A stretch of 64,000 bases of DNA from NCBI GenBank assembly GCA_004298335.1, contig SCTG01000102.1, positions 21,413-85,412 on the forward strand. Direction: 5' to 3'. Below are positions 8,741-16,908 of the stretch, one piece after another (position 1 is the stretch's first letter; each line of letters opens with the position of its first letter). The notes beneath the pieces are model-generated. The model was not told the origin of the DNA, made no database searches, and saw nothing but the letters and a program-made list of their open reading frames with translations. Source of the stretch: Nitrospirota bacterium. GTDB lineage: Bacteria; Nitrospirota; Nitrospiria; Nitrospirales; NS-4. Position numbers and translations under genes: made by a program.

Positions 8741-9698
8741 GCCGGCCGGCTCCCGCCGGCACCGCTGCCGTGCCAGGTTTGAACATTTCCTCGACTGACC
8801 GGCTCTTCCACTCCACGTAGTAATCGGATATCCCGAACGCGCGCATGACGGTCGCCGGCATGTCCATCAGCGACACCGGCTGTTTGATCTCGTATCCCGC
8901 CTTGATGCCCGGCCCCGCCGCGATCCAGGGAATCGTCATGTCTTCAGGCATCGTGGTTCCATGGGTGGTGCCGTGGCCCCCGTGGTCGGCCGAGACGAGA
9001 AAGGTGGTCTGTTCGTAGAGCCCCAGCTCCTTGAACCCCTTGAGGAGCGCACCGATCGCCCGGTCGATGTCCTCGACTGTCCTGAGGTAGGGCGTGCTCA
9101 TCCAGCCGTCGGCATGCCCCGCGACATCGGCCTCGGCAAAGTGGATGAGAAACAGGGAAGGTTTGGTGGAGTCGGTGGCGGTTTTATAGGCGTTGATGAC
9201 GTCAGCGGCGATCTTTTTGGCGGTGCAGCCGGGCTCGTTGATGCTGCACACGTGGAGTGCCAGCCGCCGGTCCTGCTTCGTCACGTGCAGGAGTTTCTCC
9301 TTCTGGATGAACGCAGCGCCCCACTTGCTGCCGTTGAATGTGGCGATTTCGAAGATGGTCGGCGCCTTCAGGTAGCCGCGCTGGGGCTCATACTCGTTCC
9401 AGTCCACCCCGTGGGTCTCGACCGGCAGGCCCGTCAGCATGGACGTGAAAGCGGGCAGGGTCCGGCTGGGAGTGACGGTCTGCGCCTTCATCGTGGAGGA
9501 GCCCCGCTTGATGAGGCTCTCCAGCGCCGGCGCCTTGGCCTGTTTCAGCGCGTCGGGCCGAAGCCCGTCCACGATGATGATGACGACGTTGTCGGCGTAG
9601 GCCGGCGCCTCTGCGGCCGGCGCCTCTGCGGCGAACAAACAGCCAATCAAGAGCAGGACGGCGATCCCGCCCGGAACGATGCGAATGCGGAATGTCAT
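8730..9698 (-). CDS. secreted alkaline-phosphatase-superfamily phosphodiesterase / nucleotide pyrophosphatase
   Basis: Signal peptide, then VDGLRPDAL, TPSRTLPAFTSMLTG...THG and SADHGGHG motifs. Start placed at the internal ATG 9698, which is preceded by GAGGGGG. Confidence 0.8.
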   Translation of the reverse strand: MTFRIRIVPGGIAVLLLIGCLFAAEAPAAEAPAYADNVVIIIVDGLRPDALKQAKAPALESLIKRGSSTMKAQTVTPSRTLPAFTSMLTGLPVETHGVDWNEYEPQRGYLKAPTIFEIATFNGSKWGAAFIQKEKLLHVTKQDRRLALHVCSINEPGCTAKKIAADVINAYKTATDSTKPSLFLIHFAEADVAGHADGWMSTPYLRTVEDIDRAIGALLKGFKELGLYEQTTFLVSADHGGHGTTHGTTMPEDMTIPWIAAGPGIKAGYEIKQPVSLMDMPATVMRAFGISDYYVEWKSRSVEEMFKPGTAAVPAGAGRPSQ

Positions 9699-9807
9699 GC
9701 AACCCCCTCTATGAGTGAAACGGCACAAGCTGCGGCATTCTACACAATGCGTTGAACGGAATGCCACTCGGAATCCCGATTTTCTAGCGGGACGCCCCAC
9801 GCAATCC

Positions 9808-9836
9808 TTGACTCCGGGCTGACCCTTTTGTAGAGT
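9808..9836 (+). promoter_or_regulatory. sigma70-like promoter TTGACT-17 nt-TAGAGT
   Basis: TTGACT 9808-9813 and TAGAGT 9831-9836. It precedes a run of seven co-directional, closely spaced genes. Confidence 0.5.
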
Positions 9837-9864
9837 GAGCGGGCAAGCGCGCTCTCCCGGCAAT

Positions 9865-10206
9865 GTGGAGGTGGCGGTGTCGGATTCCCAGTCCGCGGCG
9901 GTGCCCTTCGCGGCGCAAGCCGTGTCGTTTCATGAGATGCTGGCGACGGGCAAAATCCCCGACGGGCTGCTCTCCAGCCCGTACGTGGCCGAGCAGTTCG
10001 TCGAACGGCTTGTCCATTACGTGCTCAGCATTCCGGCCGGCAGCTACTCGATGGCCAACCTGTCCAAGCTACTCGAGCAGGTGGACCCCCGCCAGCAGGT
10101 GTCCTTTTTCAAGAAGCTGAAGGAGACGAGCCCGGAGAGCCTCAAGCATTTCGCCCCCCTCTATTACGGGTTCATGTCCGAGTTCAGCGATCTGCTCTTT
10201 ACCTAA
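9865..10206 (+). CDS. hypothetical protein, Cys-free, no recognised family
   Basis: ORF in the track from 9835, but that GTG lies inside the predicted -10, so the start is moved to in-frame GTG 9865 (GTG 9877 or ATG 9937 are also possible). No signal peptide and no Cys. Confidence 0.45.
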   Translation: MEVAVSDSQSAAVPFAAQAVSFHEMLATGKIPDGLLSSPYVAEQFVERLVHYVLSIPAGSYSMANLSKLLEQVDPRQQVSFFKKLKETSPESLKHFAPLYYGFMSEFSDLLFT

Positions 10207-10255
10207 GCCCCGCCTGTTTGAAATCCCGTTCGGTTCGGCATACACTGCGGAACGT

Positions 10256-11710
10256 ATGGACTCACTTGTCGAGGGCTTTGCGGCGCGGGCCGCGCGCATT
10301 CCGGTTCACGGGATCGGCCTGTCCGTGGACGTGTTCAGTCCCGATCTGTTGGAGCTGCATCGGACGCTGGAGCAGGCCGGTATCCGACCCGACTATCTGG
10401 AAATCTTCAAGGCTCCGGTGAGGGACCTCGCGCGCGTCCGGGCGGCATTGCCTGGCGTGCCGCTGGCCTATCACGCCGAAGGTCTGTGGCTGATCGATCC
10501 GGCCATGCGCTCTGCGACGCCGTGGCGGCAGGCTGTCGAGACGATCGCCCGCCATGCGGAGGCGATCGGCGCGGGATGGGCCAACCATGAATGCGCCGGC
10601 AAGCAGTTCGGCGGCTACTCCTTCGGGACGTATCTGCCGCCATTACTGACGAATGCCGCGGCGACGGCGGTGGCTGCCAATGCGATGTGGGCGCAGGAGG
10701 GCCTGGACGAGTGGTTTGCCCGAAAAGGCAGGCCCGACGCCGCTCCGTTGTTGCTGCTTGAACTGCCCCCTCTGACCTACTTCGGGTTCGGCAATCTGCC
10801 GGTCTCGGAATTTTTTGCGCGGATTGCCGAAGGGGCGTCACTTGGACTGGTGCTCGACATCGGTCACCTCTGGACCCACTGGCGGTATCGTGAGCGCCGG
10901 CGCTTCCGGAGCCTGGAGGCCTTTGCGGCGGAGTTCCTGGCGACGTTTCCGTTGGACCGGGTCGTGCAGATTCACCTCGCCGGCCTGGGGCTGCACGAAG
11001 ATGGGGACCCGGCGGACCCTCTTCCGCACTGGATTGACCGGCACGACGCGCCCGTCCCGGCCGTCCTCTTCGATCTCCTCAGGCAGGTCCTGGGCCATCC
11101 GGCGCTGGCTGCTCTCAAGGGGATTGCGCTGGAGGTGGATACCAAAGCAGTGCCGGCCATCGTTGAAGAATTCAGACGGCTCTTGGAAGAGCCTGCCTGT
11201 CGGAAGGCGTTGCTCAACGCGCCGGAACGTGCCGGCTTGCCGATGACAATGGTGAGAGAACGTGTTGCCGGGAGCGCCGATCGGGAGTTGGCCGAACTTT
11301 ATGGGGCCTATGCGCGGGTGGCTTCCGGGCGGGAGTCCCTGGAGCAGAGCGCCATCGCCCCACTGGGCGGAGGTCTCGATCCGGAGGGCCTGCACCGGTA
11401 TTTCACCCGCTACCTGCCGCACGAGCTTGTGTGCTGGGGAGGGGACCTCGCCGAGCTGTTTCCTGCCGTCTGGACATCGTTGGAGAAGCGGGGCATCACC
11501 GCCGCGGACTTTCTCCGGTTCTGGTTCGGGCGGCCCCGTCCGGTCGCCGCCCCCTATGACTTCTTCTACGTCAAGCTGGATCGCTGGGTGGAATTCATCG
11601 GGGAGGCCGCTCCCGATCTCATGGGGCAGGTGCAAAAAGAGGCGGAGATTTTGCGCGCGCTCCACACCGAACTGAACGATGAGCCTGCCGTGCTGGGGAA
11701 CCGGACGTGA
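10256..11710 (+). CDS. divergent DUF692-family (MNIO-type, xylose-isomerase-like TIM barrel) protein with an extra ~150-aa C-terminal domain
   Basis: Colinear with the remembered DUF692 motif series: GIGLSVD, YLEIFKAP, PLAYHAEG, ANHECA, YLPPLL, LLLELPP, LVLDIGH, IHLAG, WIDRHDAPVP, LEVD. At 484 aa it is much longer than typical DUF692 proteins. Confidence 0.6.
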   Translation: MDSLVEGFAARAARIPVHGIGLSVDVFSPDLLELHRTLEQAGIRPDYLEIFKAPVRDLARVRAALPGVPLAYHAEGLWLIDPAMRSATPWRQAVETIARHAEAIGAGWANHECAGKQFGGYSFGTYLPPLLTNAAATAVAANAMWAQEGLDEWFARKGRPDAAPLLLLELPPLTYFGFGNLPVSEFFARIAEGASLGLVLDIGHLWTHWRYRERRRFRSLEAFAAEFLATFPLDRVVQIHLAGLGLHEDGDPADPLPHWIDRHDAPVPAVLFDLLRQVLGHPALAALKGIALEVDTKAVPAIVEEFRRLLEEPACRKALLNAPERAGLPMTMVRERVAGSADRELAELYGAYARVASGRESLEQSAIAPLGGGLDPEGLHRYFTRYLPHELVCWGGDLAELFPAVWTSLEKRGITAADFLRFWFGRPRPVAAPYDFFYVKLDRWVEFIGEAAPDLMGQVQKEAEILRALHTELNDEPAVLGNRT

Positions 11711-12429
11711 GCGCGGTTCGCGTCAACAAGTACTTCACGGAGCAGGGCTACTGTTCCCGCCGCGCCGCCGACCGCATGATCAAGGACGGCCGCGTTCGGA
11801 TCAACGGCCGCGTGGCGGTGCTGGGCGACCAGGTGGCAGGCGCGGACGTAGTGAGCGTGGACGGGCTGGTGGTGAAGAGCCGGCCCCGTCCCGTCTATCT
11901 GGCCTATCACAAGCCGGTCGGGGTCACGTGCACGACGGAGCCACACGTGGAAGGCAACATCCTCCAGGCAGTGGGCTATCCCGAGCGCATTTTCCCCATC
12001 GGCCGCCTGGACAAGGACTCGTCCGGCCTGATCCTGCTGACCAATGACGGCGACATCGTCAATCTCATCCTCCGGGCCGAGTTCGGACATGAGCGGGAGT
12101 ACAGAGTCACGTTGGACCGGCCGTACTCGCCGACTTTTTTGCGCTGTCTGGAACAGGGCGTGCTCGTGCGGGGCGAGAAGACCCGGCCCTGCCGGACCGC
12201 CAGGGGGGATGCCACCACGTTCCGGATCATGCTGACGGAGGGACGCAACCGGCAGATCCGCCGCATGTGCTCGGCGCTCGGGTACCGCGTGGTGCGGCTG
12301 GTGCGGGTCCGCATCATGCACATTCGCCTGGGGGATCTCCCGGTCGGACAGTGGCGGGAGCTCACACCCAGGGAGCAGGAGAAATTGATCGCGGCCGTTG
12401 GTATTACAGAAGAAAAAGCCGCGTCATGA
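11707..12429 (+). CDS. rluF: RluF/RsuA-family pseudouridine synthase
   Basis: S4 domain (RVNKYFTEQGYCSRRAADRMIKDGRVRING), catalytic GRLDKDSSGLILLTNDG, and NRQIRRMC. GTG start overlaps the upstream stop (GTGA). Confidence 0.85.
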   Translation: MSAVRVNKYFTEQGYCSRRAADRMIKDGRVRINGRVAVLGDQVAGADVVSVDGLVVKSRPRPVYLAYHKPVGVTCTTEPHVEGNILQAVGYPERIFPIGRLDKDSSGLILLTNDGDIVNLILRAEFGHEREYRVTLDRPYSPTFLRCLEQGVLVRGEKTRPCRTARGDATTFRIMLTEGRNRQIRRMCSALGYRVVRLVRVRIMHIRLGDLPVGQWRELTPREQEKLIAAVGITEEKAAS

Positions 12430-14615
12430 TTCCCCCTCGCGTCCTGCTGCTCATCCCTCCGCTCACCCAGCTCAACACGCCCTATCCCTCGACTGCCTAT
12501 CTGGCGGGTTTTTTGAAGCCGCGCGGCTACGAGACGTTCCAGGCGGACGTCGGGATCGAGATGGTCCTCGCGCTCTTCTGCCGGAACGGGCTTGAGCGCG
12601 TGTTCGACCGGCTCGGCCGGATGCCCGGAGACCTGCCGGGGGAAGCACGCCAGATGCTGGCCTTGCAGCGGGCCTACGTCGACTCGATCGACGCCGTGAT
12701 CGGATTTCTCCAGGGGAGAGACCCGGCGCTGGCGCCGCGTATCTGCCAGGGCGGCTTCCTTCCGCAGGGACCGAGATTCGCCGCCGCCCGGACGCAGGCC
12801 GCCGGCGGTTTCGGCGCGCTGGACCGTGCCCGGTACCTGGCCACGCTCTATCTGGAAGATGTGGCCGATCTTGTCCACGAGACCGTGACGCCGCATTTCG
12901 CCATCAACCGCTACGCGGAGCATGTGGGGGCGTCGGCCACGTCCTTCGATTCAATGGCGCGCGCGCTTGCCGAGCCGCCCGGCTTGACGGATGAATTGAT
13001 GCTGGAGGCCTTGTGGCGGCACGTGGACGAAGCCGACCCGGCCCTCGTCGGCCTGACCGTGCCGTTTCCAGGCAACCTGTACGGCGCGTTCCGGATCGCC
13101 CAGGCGCTGAAGGCCCGGCATCCGTCCCTGCGGGTCGCGCTCGGCGGCGGCTACGCCAACACGGAACTCAGGCGGCTGAGCGACCCGCGTCTGTTCGACT
13201 ACGTGGACTACGTGACGTTGGACGACGGCGAGCGCCCGCTGCTCTGCCTCCTGGAACATCTTGCGGGCAAGCGCGACGAAGCTGAGCTGCGGCGGACGTT
13301 CCTGCGGTCTCAAGGGAAGGTTGTGTGGCGGGACGGCGCCCGCGACCCCGAGTTCGGAATGGCGGATCTCGGCACGCCGACGTATGCGGGGCTGCCGCTC
13401 GATCGGTACCTGTCCGTGCTGGACACGCTGAACCCCATGCACCGGCTCTGGTCCGACGGCCATTGGAACAAGCTGACCGTCGCCCACGGCTGCTACTGGA
13501 AGCAATGCACCTTCTGCGACGTGGGCTTGGACTACATCGGCCGCTACGAAGCCGCGCCGAGCGGCATCCTGGCCGATCGCATCGAGGCTCTGATCGCCGA
13601 GACGGGGCGGCGCGGGTTCCACTTCGTGGACGAGGCGGCGCCGCCGGTCGGTCTCAAGGAGCTGGCGCTGACGTTGCTGGAGCGCGGGGTGACGATCTCG
13701 TGGTGGGGAAACATTCGCTTCGAATCGGCGTTCACGCCGGACCTCTGCCGCCTCCTGGCAGCCTCCGGCTGCATCGCCGTCAGCGCCGGGCTGGAAGCGG
13801 CTTCCGACCGGCTTCTGGAGGCCATGAAGAAGGGCATCACCGTAGGCCGGACTGCGCGCGTTGCAGCGGCCTTCCGTGGGGCTGGCATCATGGTACACGC
13901 CTATCTCATGTATGGGTTGCCGGGAGAAACGGTCGCCGAGACGGTGGACAGCCTGGAGCGCGTGCGGCAACTGTTCGTGCAGGACCTGATCCAATCGGCC
14001 TTCTGGCACCGGTTCGTGGCGACGGCCCACAGCCCGATCGGGCTGGACCCGGCGGCGCACGGCATCCGGATCACCGGCCCCGCGTTCGGCGGGTTCGCGG
14101 AGAACGATCTCACCCATGATGATCCGCTGGGAGAGGCGCCCGAATCGCTCGGCGAGGGGTTGCGAAAGGCCTTGTACCATTATATGGAGGGGGAGAGCCT
14201 CGCGGCAGACGTGCGGAGCTGGTTTGCGCGGCCCGTGCCGAAGCCGAAGGTGCCACGTGCGTGGGTCGCCCGCGTTCTTGCGGAACAGCCAGCAGGCGAC
14301 GATCCCATGGCGGAGCGGCGTTTTGTCTGGGTCGGCGGCACGCCCGTCGTCGAGCCGTCCGGGAAGAGCCGGTGCCGGGTGATCCTTCCCACTCGCGTCA
14401 AGGACGTGCAGGCGCGGATGGCGCCGGAGAAAGCGGACTGGCTGGTGGAGTTGATCCGCACGGCCACGCCCGCGCGCGACCGGAGGCCCGCAGGGTATCC
14501 TTCGCTCAAGGAGGTCCGGGCCGGGTATCCGTTTGGCGGGACCCGCGGGTTCGACGCCCTGTTGCGGTCGCAATCCTGGCGGCACGCGCGGGCGGCCGGG
14601 CTGTTGCTCGTCTAA
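12426..14615 (+). CDS. B12-binding-domain radical SAM protein (729 aa)
   Basis: N-terminal LLLIPP...YPSTAYLAGFLK B12-binding-like region, cluster motif HGCYWKQCTFCD, and downstream SAGLEAAS / GLPGET radical SAM core motifs. ATG overlaps the rluF stop (ATGA). The track's earlier start at 12267 is rejected. Confidence 0.8.
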   Translation: MIPPRVLLLIPPLTQLNTPYPSTAYLAGFLKPRGYETFQADVGIEMVLALFCRNGLERVFDRLGRMPGDLPGEARQMLALQRAYVDSIDAVIGFLQGRDPALAPRICQGGFLPQGPRFAAARTQAAGGFGALDRARYLATLYLEDVADLVHETVTPHFAINRYAEHVGASATSFDSMARALAEPPGLTDELMLEALWRHVDEADPALVGLTVPFPGNLYGAFRIAQALKARHPSLRVALGGGYANTELRRLSDPRLFDYVDYVTLDDGERPLLCLLEHLAGKRDEAELRRTFLRSQGKVVWRDGARDPEFGMADLGTPTYAGLPLDRYLSVLDTLNPMHRLWSDGHWNKLTVAHGCYWKQCTFCDVGLDYIGRYEAAPSGILADRIEALIAETGRRGFHFVDEAAPPVGLKELALTLLERGVTISWWGNIRFESAFTPDLCRLLAASGCIAVSAGLEAASDRLLEAMKKGITVGRTARVAAAFRGAGIMVHAYLMYGLPGETVAETVDSLERVRQLFVQDLIQSAFWHRFVATAHSPIGLDPAAHGIRITGPAFGGFAENDLTHDDPLGEAPESLGEGLRKALYHYMEGESLAADVRSWFARPVPKPKVPRAWVARVLAEQPAGDDPMAERRFVWVGGTPVVEPSGKSRCRVILPTRVKDVQARMAPEKADWLVELIRTATPARDRRPAGYPSLKEVRAGYPFGGTRGFDALLRSQSWRHARAAGLLLV

Positions 14616-14623
14616 CGGCTGGG

Positions 14624-15367
14624 ATGAACGTGGCGGACTACGCGGTGCAAGTCTTCACGAACAAGGGTGCCGTGGCGCACGCGGCGGCAGAGGTGTTCGT
14701 CAACCTGGCGCCGCAGCCTGGCGGGAGCCGGCGGCCGTTCCGCGTGGCGTTGGCCGGCGGCGAGACGCCCCAGGCCTTCTACGAGCGGCTGGCGTCCGCG
14801 GAGTGCCGGCATCGGGTCGCGTGGGAGCAGGTCTCGTTTTTTTTCGGGGATGAGCGCGCGGTGCCGCCCGATCATCCGGACAGTAATTACCGGATGGCCC
14901 ATGGCGCGCTGTTCCGCCCTCTGGACATTTCCGGCGAAAACGTTTATCGGATGAAGGCGGACATGCCCGACCTGGAGGCTGCGGCCGCGGACTATGAGCG
15001 CGAGCTGCACACCGCGTTCGAGGGCGAGCGCGTGCCGCACTTCGACATGATTTTGCTCGGCATGGGGCCGGACGGGCACACGGCGTCGCTCTTTCCGGGC
15101 AGTCCCGCGCTCGCCGAGTGCCGGCGTCTGGTGGTGCCGGTGACGGACGCGCCCAAGCCGCCGCCGCGCCGGCTCACGCTGACGGTGCCGGTGCTGAACG
15201 CCGCCCGGCTCGTGCTGTTCATGGCGACAGGCGCGGACAAAGCCCAAGCGCTCCGGGAAGTGCTGAAGGGGACCGCGTCGCCCGATCAATACCCGGCCAA
15301 GCATGTGCGGCCGGGGCCGGAACGTCTGGCCTGGCTCGTGGACGAGGCGGCCGGAGGCGCTCTCTGA
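14624..15367 (+). CDS. pgl: 6-phosphogluconolactonase
   Basis: FRVALAGGETP...FFFGDERAVPPDHPDSNY...LLGMGPDGHTASLFP motifs. Internal ATG chosen 9 nt after the upstream stop. Confidence 0.85.
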   Translation: MNVADYAVQVFTNKGAVAHAAAEVFVNLAPQPGGSRRPFRVALAGGETPQAFYERLASAECRHRVAWEQVSFFFGDERAVPPDHPDSNYRMAHGALFRPLDISGENVYRMKADMPDLEAAAADYERELHTAFEGERVPHFDMILLGMGPDGHTASLFPGSPALAECRRLVVPVTDAPKPPPRRLTLTVPVLNAARLVLFMATGADKAQALREVLKGTASPDQYPAKHVRPGPERLAWLVDEAAGGAL

Positions 15368-15377
15368 AGGAGGCAGT

Positions 15378-16220
15378 ATGCTTGAAACCGTCGATCTGAC
15401 CCTGTCGTTGACCAAGGAAGCCTACAAGAAAAAGGCCCCTCCGCTGCGCGAGAAGCTCCGGCTCTTGCAGTATCAGTGCAAGAATGCGGAGATCCCCATC
15501 GTCATCGTGTTCGAAGGCTGGGACGCGTCCGGCAAGGGGGGGGTCATCGCGCGCCTGCTCGAGCGGATCGACCCCCGGGGATTCAAAGTCCATCCGGCGC
15601 GTCCGCCGACGACCGAGGAAGAGGCCAAACCGTTCCTCTGGCGCTACTGGGTGCGGCTTCCGCAGGACGGCGAGATCGCGCTGTTCGACCGGTCCTGGTA
15701 TGGCCGTGTGATGATCGAGCGGGTGGCCAAGATGGTTCCCAAGAAAGTCTGGCGGAGAGCGTTCGAGGAGATCAGCCAGTTCGAGCGGCAAGCGGCCGAT
15801 GACGGCGCGGTGATCGTCAAGTTCTTTCTCCACATCTCCAAGAAGGAACAGCGGCGTCGGCTCAAGAAACTGGCCAAGGACAAGTTCGAACGATGGCGCG
15901 TCACCAAATGGGACTGGAAGCACCACAAGGACTACGACAAATATGTGAAGGCGATCGAAGAAATGGTCGCCAAGACGGACGCGCCGTACGCGCCCTGGAC
16001 GATTGTCGAGGCGACGGACAAGCGGTTCGCCGAGCTCAAGGTCTTTGCCACTCTGGTGAAGGCGATGGAAACGGCGATCGCCTGGCGGAAGGTCCACGGC
16101 ACGGAAATCGGACGGAGCAAAGTGGCGCGGGAAGCCAAGAAGGCGGCGCCGTCGGCCAAGCCGGCGGGAAAGGAGAAGGGACATGTTCGAAAAGGTGGAT
16201 CTCAGCAAAAAGTTGCCTGA
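15378..16220 (+). CDS. ppk2: polyphosphate kinase 2 family protein (first of a tandem pair)
   Basis: FEGWDASGKGG Walker A and the FDRSWYGRV lid motif. ATG 15378 preceded by GAAGGAGG. Ends in a Lys/Ala-rich tail. Confidence 0.85.
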   Translation: MLETVDLTLSLTKEAYKKKAPPLREKLRLLQYQCKNAEIPIVIVFEGWDASGKGGVIARLLERIDPRGFKVHPARPPTTEEEAKPFLWRYWVRLPQDGEIALFDRSWYGRVMIERVAKMVPKKVWRRAFEEISQFERQAADDGAVIVKFFLHISKKEQRRRLKKLAKDKFERWRVTKWDWKHHKDYDKYVKAIEEMVAKTDAPYAPWTIVEATDKRFAELKVFATLVKAMETAIAWRKVHGTEIGRSKVAREAKKAAPSAKPAGKEKGHVRKGGSQQKVA

Positions 16221-16884
16221 AAAGCGCTACTGGGAAGAGATCAAGAAGTGGCAGGTGCGTCTCCGCGATCAGTCCATGCGGCTCTTCAACGAGAAGCGGA
16301 TGGCGGTGGCCGTCTTCGAAGGCTGGGACGCGGCCGGCAAGGGCGGCAGCATCAAGCGCGTGACCGAGACGCTGGACCCCCGCGGCTTCAACGTGAATAC
16401 GTTCGCGGCGCCCAGCGGGGAGGAGGGGCGCCATCATTACCTCTGGCGGTTCTGGAAGGCCCTTCCTCCGTTGGGGCAAGTCGCCATCTTCGACCGGTCG
16501 CATTACGGGCGGGTGATGGTGGAGCGGGTGGAAGGGTTTTGCACCGAGCAGGAGTGGAAGCGGGCCTTCCGCGAGATCAACGAGTTTGAATGGCAGTTAT
16601 CGAACTTCGGAACGGTGGTGGTGAAGTTCTGGCTGCACATCGACCAGGACGAGCAGCTGCGGCGGTTCAAGGGGCGGGAGCTCGATCCCTTCCGGTCCTA
16701 TAAGCTCACGGACGAGGACTGGCGCAACCGGGCCAAGTGGGATGATTACCGGGGCGCGGTGGAGGAGATGATCGAGAAGACCAGCACGGCCTGGGCGCCC
16801 TGGACCATCGTGGAGGCCAACGACAAGTTCTACGCGCGGGTCAAGGTGGTGCAGACGCTCACGAAAGCGCTGGAAGCGGTGTAG
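16183..16884 (+). CDS. ppk2: polyphosphate kinase 2 family protein (second of a tandem pair)
   Basis: FEGWDAAGKGG and FDRSHYGRV. Its own ATG is preceded by AAGGAG. Overlaps the upstream ppk2 by 38 nt in another frame. Confidence 0.85.
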   Translation: MFEKVDLSKKLPEKRYWEEIKKWQVRLRDQSMRLFNEKRMAVAVFEGWDAAGKGGSIKRVTETLDPRGFNVNTFAAPSGEEGRHHYLWRFWKALPPLGQVAIFDRSHYGRVMVERVEGFCTEQEWKRAFREINEFEWQLSNFGTVVVKFWLHIDQDEQLRRFKGRELDPFRSYKLTDEDWRNRAKWDDYRGAVEEMIEKTSTAWAPWTIVEANDKFYARVKVVQTLTKALEAV

Positions 16885-16908
16885 CGGACCCGGGACGCAC
16901 TCGTTGCG

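Noticed and set aside
12951-14585. Very long antisense ORFs in the track: 12951..14585 (-), 1181..2395 (-), 5594..6772 (-), 31023..32381 (+), 32231..33931 (+), 45675..47045 (-), 48459..49994 (-), 54910..56454 (-) and 61270..63075 (-).
   Set aside because: Each lies opposite a gene with unmistakable family motifs (radical SAM, rny, epimerase, mlaD, mlaFE, hemA, cobA/hemD, ftsH, ExeA/HD-GYP). Their translations are Arg/Pro/Gly/His-rich and low in complexity, as expected for stop-poor shadow frames in GC-rich DNA.
16183-16220. The ppk2-ppk2 overlap as a frameshifted pseudogene of a two-domain PPK2.
   Set aside because: The second ORF has its own AAGGAG RBS and ATG and a complete N-terminal region, and the first has a normal stop. 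Without comparative data a sequencing or frameshift artefact cannot be excluded, so it is reported as a finding rather than called a pseudogene.
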